NCBI GenBank assembly: GCA_963674705.1
Contig: OY771506.1
Location: forward strand, 96,001-160,000
Reading direction: 5' to 3'
Length of the DNA stretch: 64,000 nucleotides
Source: Phycisphaeraceae bacterium
GTDB lineage: Bacteria > Planctomycetota > Phycisphaerae > Phycisphaerales > Phycisphaeraceae
The notes under the pieces were generated by a model. The model ran no database searches, was not told where the DNA came from, and was given only the letters and a program-made list of their open reading frames with translations. This document shows, piece after piece, positions 58,758 through 64,000 of the stretch (positions are counted from its first letter, which is position 1; the number at the start of each line of letters is the position of its first letter). The position numbers and the translations under genes are program-made.

Positions 58758-60455
58758 ATGTTTAAGAAGTACCAGGTCATGGCGGTAGCAACGGCGGTAA
58801 CACTACTGGCTTCGGCTCATCGGGCCGACGCGGCGGTTCAGGTCTGGCTGACAAAAGGCAATCAGACAAAACTGCTGTCGCAGGAAAGTGATCTGTCTTT
58901 CTCGGCGGGGCCGGGTTCGTATTCGACGAAGGTGAACGTCGATGCTTCGACAACATACCAGACGATGTCGGGCTTCGGCGCGGCGATGACAGATTCGTCG
59001 GCGTGGCTGTTGCAGAACGAGTTGAGCACATCGCAGCGCGACGCGTTGATGGAGCAGTTGTTCTCCCCTACGACGGGGATCGGCATCAGCTACCTGCGTG
59101 TGCCGGTCGGGGCGTCGGACCTGTCGCTGTATCCGTATACCTATAACGATCAATCCTGGGGGCAGACGGATGTGGATCAGTCGGACTTTTCGATCGCGCA
59201 TGATGTGCCTTACATCATCCCGTCGCTGTTGCAGGCGAAGTCGATCAACCCGCAGCTTGGCATGATGGCTTCGCCCTGGAGTGCGCCGGCGTGGATGAAG
59301 ACAAATAACTCGCTGATCGGCGGGTCACTTAAGAGCGAATACTACGAGAGCTACGCGGATTACCTGGTGAAGTTCTTCCAGCGGTATCAGGCACACGGTC
59401 TGAGTTTCGACACGATGACGGTGCAGAACGAACCCTTGCACGGAGGCAATCATCCGTCGATGACGATGAGCACCTATCAGCAGAGCACGTTCATCGGCGA
59501 TCACTTTGGGCCGGCGATGGACGCGGCGGGGATCGACACGAAGATCATCGCGTATGACCATAACTGGGATAACTGGAATTACCCGGTCGTGGTGATGAAC
59601 GACCCCGAAGCGGGGCAGTACGTGAGCGGCGCGGCGTTTCACGGTTACGGCGGGACGGTCGATCAGCAGTCGAACTTCCACGACTTCTTCCCGGATGCGG
59701 GGATTTACTTCTCCGAAATCTCCGGTGGGACCTGGGCGACCAACTTCTCCGACAATTTGATGTGGAACATCGAGAACATCATCATCGGTTCGACGCGCAA
59801 CTGGGCGAAGACGGCGATCTTCTGGAACCTGGCGCTGGATGAAAACAACGGGCCTTACCTTGACGGCGGGTGCAGCGGCTGCCGAGGTGTGGTGACGATC
59901 GATACATCGGACGGCAGCGTTGAGTACAACGAAGAGTATTACAGCATCGCGCATGCGAGTAAGTTCGTACAGCCGGGCGCGGTGCGGATCGATTCGGATA
60001 CGTTTGATAACGTGATCGAGACGGTGGCGTTTATGAACCCGGACGGGTCGCGCGTGTTGATCGCGCTGAACCCGACGAATTCATCGCGCTGGTTTGATGT
60101 GGTTGAAGAAGGCGAATCGTTTTCGTATCGGTTGACTTCTAAGTCGGTGGCGACGTTCGTCTGGCCGGGCGTTGTGCCGGTGGCAGGTGATATTGATGGG
60201 GATGGATTCGTAGGCTTGAGCGATCTGGATATTGTGTTAAGCAACTGGAACCAGAGTGTTCCGCCGGGCGATGCAAGTGCGGATTTGTCAGGCCCGAGCG
60301 GTGACCCGGACGGGTTTGTCGGGCTGGACGATCTGGATGTGGTGCTGGCCAACTGGAACGCCGGCACGCCTGCGGGCGACAGCACGAACATCCCCGAACC
60401 GACGGCGTTTATGTGTATGGGATTGCTTGGCGCTGGGTTGATGCGCCGGGGGTGA
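58758..60455 (+). CDS. GH30 glycoside hydrolase (GH30_3 endo-beta-1,6-glucanase-like) with dockerin-like domain and PEP-CTERM
   Basis: YQTMSGFGAAMTDSSA, LRVPVGASD, ASPWSAPAWMK, acid/base QNEP, YDHNWD, nucleophile FSE, WNLALD, CRGVVTI; dockerin; IPEP-TM-RR. Confidence 0.87.
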   Translation: MFKKYQVMAVATAVTLLASAHRADAAVQVWLTKGNQTKLLSQESDLSFSAGPGSYSTKVNVDASTTYQTMSGFGAAMTDSSAWLLQNELSTSQRDALMEQLFSPTTGIGISYLRVPVGASDLSLYPYTYNDQSWGQTDVDQSDFSIAHDVPYIIPSLLQAKSINPQLGMMASPWSAPAWMKTNNSLIGGSLKSEYYESYADYLVKFFQRYQAHGLSFDTMTVQNEPLHGGNHPSMTMSTYQQSTFIGDHFGPAMDAAGIDTKIIAYDHNWDNWNYPVVVMNDPEAGQYVSGAAFHGYGGTVDQQSNFHDFFPDAGIYFSEISGGTWATNFSDNLMWNIENIIIGSTRNWAKTAIFWNLALDENNGPYLDGGCSGCRGVVTIDTSDGSVEYNEEYYSIAHASKFVQPGAVRIDSDTFDNVIETVAFMNPDGSRVLIALNPTNSSRWFDVVEEGESFSYRLTSKSVATFVWPGVVPVAGDIDGDGFVGLSDLDIVLSNWNQSVPPGDASADLSGPSGDPDGFVGLDDLDVVLANWNAGTPAGDSTNIPEPTAFMCMGLLGAGLMRRG

Positions 60456-60534
60456 TGGACATATTTCAATGCATATGTGACCCGACCAGGATGGTCGGGC
60501 TATATGTGTAAATTTTTTGTGCGTCGAGCGCGAG

Positions 60535-61554
60535 TTATTCGATGGCTTTTCGCAGCATGTCACGCCATGCGAGGCCGTCTTCGGTGAGGTCGATGCCTTG
60601 CGGCCGATCGGGCGCGTAACGCGCGACCATGTTCAGCGGGATGGGCGGCATCTGTCGCGGATGGATGGGGCGCGTGAGCATCCACTTCGGATCGCCGGGC
60701 GTGGCGAAGACGGTGTTGCAGACGAGGCCGACGCCGTGACCGTCTCGGACATAGTTGAGGATGGTCAGCCAGCCACCGGTCTGGATCAACAGTTCGGGCT
60801 TGGATGAAGAAGCGTATCGCTGCAAGGCTTCATCAAAGTCCCGGCGGGTGCGCGAGTCGGGCTCGGGCGTGAGTAAGGGGAATTCGCAGACCTGTTTGAG
60901 CGTGATCGGTTTCTTCTTGGGAAGCTGTTTGAAGTCCTTCGCCCATGGGCTGGTCTTGGCGCAGACGAGGCTGTAGCCGAAGCGCATGAGTTCTTCGACG
61001 TAGAGCTCGGTTCGCGCGATCTCGTTGACTTCCTGTTCGGAGTAGCTGACCAGCGCCAGATCGAGCGCACCGCTTGCGACGCCCTCGATGGGCTGCGGGC
61101 CGCGCATGGTGCTGATGCGGATCGGGCTGTCGGGGTGCGACTTGCGGAAGAGTTTGAGTGCGAGGCGGACCAGGTCGGACGTGGTGGATTGCCCGCAGGC
61201 GAAGCGGACGACCGGGTGCTGCACAGGCTTGGTGAGTGTGTAGCCGTAGAGCGTGTGGTAGCGTTCGATCAGGTCGCGTGCACCGGGCAGGACGCGCTTG
61301 CCTTCTTCGGTGAGTTTCCATGTCTTGCCTTCACGCACGATCCACGGCCGCTTGAGCACCTCGCCGGGCTGGTTGAGGTGGGCCATGCGTTTGGACATGC
61401 TTGGTTGATTGATGTCTAACGCGCGCGCAGCCTGGCCTGCATCTCCGTCGTGCTGGATAAGCGTGACGAAGGTTTCGAGTAGTTCGATCGATAGTGTGGT
61501 TGACCTTGGCACTTCGTTTTTCGTGTTACCGTTGTCGTTGAAGTCGGATTCCAT
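60535..61554 (-). CDS. LysR-family transcriptional regulator
   Basis: N-terminal HTH (LETFVTL..AARALDINQPSMSKRM, KLTEEG) and substrate domain (VASGALDLAL, YVRDGHGVGLV). Confidence 0.82.
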   Translation of the reverse strand: MESDFNDNGNTKNEVPRSTTLSIELLETFVTLIQHDGDAGQAARALDINQPSMSKRMAHLNQPGEVLKRPWIVREGKTWKLTEEGKRVLPGARDLIERYHTLYGYTLTKPVQHPVVRFACGQSTTSDLVRLALKLFRKSHPDSPIRISTMRGPQPIEGVASGALDLALVSYSEQEVNEIARTELYVEELMRFGYSLVCAKTSPWAKDFKQLPKKKPITLKQVCEFPLLTPEPDSRTRRDFDEALQRYASSSKPELLIQTGGWLTILNYVRDGHGVGLVCNTVFATPGDPKWMLTRPIHPRQMPPIPLNMVARYAPDRPQGIDLTEDGLAWRDMLRKAIE

Positions 61555-63216
61555 AATTCTATCGTCTCTTATGAGTATTGCTCTATAGAATGCTTGCAAG
61601 TGATAACCATGACGGGCCCTTTAGGGCCTATTCATCACGGATTTACGCGGTTTTAATGGTTTTCAGGGCGGTATTTCCCGGGCCGAGGGCGCAAAGATGC
61701 TGTGTCACCGAACACCCGGGCCGTACGGATACCCTCTGCGCTGCCATCATCCACCCACACATGGCATAACCGTGACGGACGGGCGAGCGGTTGTTCTTAA
61801 CTTCTACAACTGAGTTATGTTGAGGCGAGAATCATCGAGCGGCATCCACAGCGTTGCCGGAACCTGCACACCCGACACGAGCACTGACGGCCTCCAACCG
61901 GACGGCTTTCGCCGACAGGGGCAGGCCGTGCTTCTGAAACACGTATGCGCCTCAAGCTATCTATTGAGGTTCAACTGGTATTGCGATTCATGGTTAAGCT
62001 CCTTGTTGCTTGCACTGATCACGTAAGGCGGCGCTATTGACCGCATACGGATAGGCCGTTGCATAGCGAGGCTATGGCGTTGTTCTGATGATCGCGGATC
62101 TGGGTTGAGGTGATCGGCAAGCCGGGCATGCGGCATGCCGGCATTTTGACGGGGCGCAGCCCGGCCCGGCAGGGCTTGCCGGGGTGGATGTGTCTATCGT
62201 TATTAAGAATTACCTTGTGCGCCCGTTGATCGCTTATCCGCAAGCCGCGGGAGCTATTGGCGCTGTGTTGTTTCGCAATCGTCTGAAGTACCGTTTCAAG
62301 TTTCCGGCCGGTCTGAACACAGCCGCCTCCCATCCCTGCCCTGCCCGTCATCCTGACCCCCTGCCGCTTGTGTATGTTCATCCATACTCATGACGCAAGG
62401 GCTTGAGTCTACAACGTATATTCTCGAAATCAATGGTGTAGTTTAATAATTCTTATATTTTTAGATTGGAGTTCTGGCCCGACGGCGGCCGGATGTGCTT
62501 ATACGCATGATATCACGCATGTGCGCGTCATGGAAGGTGTTCTTGTTGAATAAAAAAATAATTGCGTATGCTCCGCCGCGGAACACATGGAACAATACCG
62601 TGGCTGGTACATCGATGACATCGCAAGACTCTTAAACAAACGAAAGCAATGCCTGTTAACACAAAATGCGTACGTCGAAATGTGCCGGACGTCCCACCAA
62701 ACGGGACACATCCGTGGTGGCTTGATTAATCGCGCACGAATACACCCGCTTTTTACCGTGTTTTTTCGGCATTGCCGGGTTCGGCAACAATTCCCAGTTC
62801 TTCCCAACGCACAAACCGACAACTACAACAATGCCGGGAACATCGTTCACGCGATTCATGACAGCGCGTGGCTTTTTCAAAACCGTGCGAGCATGTATCG
62901 TCTCTCTCGGCACAAAACAAACAGCACGACATACGAGGTTGCTGCATATATGCGAAATCATTCCGATCCGGCAGGAAATGCTATTGATCTTCATGCCTGC
63001 GTGTCGTAGCGTGGGTTGTGTTACGCGCGTCGGCCAACAGACGCAATCATATCCAGCGTCGACACGGCAGCGGCGACGGGGGGCGGGGAAGAAAATAAAT
63101 TCCGTTTTAGAATTAACGGTTGATTTCATTCTATATCAGTTTAACATGGGGTCGGCCCGTCGGGCGTCCGACGGGGTGACAGCACAAACCGGCAGAGCCG
63201 GAAAGGAGAGTGGATC

Positions 63217-63396
63217 ATGGTGGCTTGCGTAGAAAGCAAACGGAAGGCGATGGATGCGGTGTTGGCGGAGCGGCGGGAGCGTACCGGGGGAGGTGGGCGA
63301 CTGGTCGCCGACACCGGGCGTGATGTGATCGGGCGGACGCTGTCCAAGGACAGTGAGTCGTTTGTCAGCCATTCGCGTCAAGAGAGTGGAGAGTAG
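63217..63396 (+). CDS. Pup/UBact-like small protein modifier (59 aa, not in the ORF track)
   Basis: Manual translation MVACVESKRKAMDAVLAERRERTGGGGRLVADTGRDVIGRTLSKDSESFVSHSRQESGE*. RBS AAAGGAGAG lies 6 nt upstream. The C-terminus resembles Pup (AEDFVRAYVQKGGQ/E) and UBact (RQRxGE), and the stop is 2 nt before a PafA/Dop-family gene. Confidence 0.78.
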   Translation: MVACVESKRKAMDAVLAERRERTGGGGRLVADTGRDVIGRTLSKDSESFVSHSRQESGE

Positions 63397-63398
63397 CC

Positions 63399-64000
63399 AT
63401 GCACGGGTGTATGGGGAACGAGACTGAGTACGCGATCGCCCCCATGCCCCAGTCGTTGCCGGCGGATAGCACGCGCGCCGATCGTTCGCGACGGCGACGT
63501 GCAGCCGGCGGCGGCTCGGGTGGGGCCGTTCCATTGTTAGAAGAAGTCATCGAGCAGGTCAGTAGTTCGACACGCGCCCGGCTCAAGGCGGCCACGGGCT
63601 ATGCGGAGCGGTCCGGCTACTTTCTGACCAACGGCTCACGTGCGTATCGTGACGGCGCGCATGTTGAGTACGCCACGCCCGAAGTCACCGACCCGGCTTC
63701 ACTGGTGTGTCACGTGCTCGCCGGCGAGCGGATGGTGCTGGCGGGTTTGTTACAGGCAAAGAAGGTGCATCGCAACTGGCGCGAGGTGAGGCTCTACAAA
63801 ACCAATCAGAGCTACGGTGACCGCCCCGCTTCTTTCGGGTGTCATGAGAATTACAGCTACAGCGTGGATGTGTTTCGGTTATACGATCCGCTTCAGCCGT
63901 TTCTGTGTTCGCGGGTGATCTATACCGGGGCCGGGGGTTACGATGTGAGGCACCCGTTGCGGTTTTCGCTTTCGCCCCGGGTAAGTTTTCTCAGAAGCGC
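63399..64000 (+). CDS. PafA/Dop (Pup ligase/deamidase) family protein, 5' part, truncated by the window end (not in the ORF track)
   Basis: Manual translation shows MGNETEYAI, FLTNGSRAYRDGAHVEYATPE, HVLAGE, LYKTN, SFGCHENY, PFLCSRVIYTGAGG and FSLSPR, the ordered motif series of PafA/Dop. The frame stays open to 64000. Confidence 0.9.
   Translation, partial: MHGCMGNETEYAIAPMPQSLPADSTRADRSRRRRAAGGGSGGAVPLLEEVIEQVSSSTRARLKAATGYAERSGYFLTNGSRAYRDGAHVEYATPEVTDPASLVCHVLAGERMVLAGLLQAKKVHRNWREVRLYKTNQSYGDRPASFGCHENYSYSVDVFRLYDPLQPFLCSRVIYTGAGGYDVRHPLRFSLSPRVSFLRS

Noticed and set aside
62587..63232. ORFs 62587-63009, 62656-63129 and 62831-63232
   Set aside because: They overlap each other, have no motifs and show atypical composition. 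One small real gene cannot be excluded, but none is supportable.
63136..63595. Minus-strand ORFs 63136-63534, 63141-63347 and 63365-63595
   Set aside because: They are antisense to the better-supported Pup-like and PafA-family genes.

Overview
GC-rich bacterial DNA, most likely from a planctomycete of the Phycisphaerae type. This is inferred from 14 PEP-CTERM proteins, 9 of them with a dockerin-like double EF-hand, and two prepilin/H-X9-DG proteins. Left (0.1-12 kb, minus strand): a probable arabinogalactan-utilisation operon with a BNR_4/PL42(GH145)-like propeller, an Opp/Dpp-type ABC importer whose binding protein is fused to a permease, GH43_24-like and GH51 hydrolases, and an NCS1 permease. 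Middle (12.7-44.6 kb): a small PEP-CTERM protein, a prepilin-type protein, two paralogous membrane proteins, and seven large PEP-CTERM proteins. The seven share one C-terminal chassis; six carry swappable catalytic heads (2x BNR_4, HExxH zincin-like, 2x GH128, trypsin-like) and one has none. Two paralogous LacI regulators lie in this block. 45-50 kb: two HUH/Y1 (RAYT-like) transposases among REP-like repeats that bracket cargo genes. 52-60.5 kb: a second glycan locus (GH1, LacI, prepilin, PEP-CTERM modules, GH30). Right end: a LysR regulator, then two genes missing from the supplied ORF track. These are a 59-aa Pup/UBact-like protein ending in RQESGE and, 2 nt downstream, a PafA/Dop-family ligase that runs off the window. 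No rRNA, tRNA or CRISPR array was recognised. All family assignments come from motif recognition by eye, not database searches.
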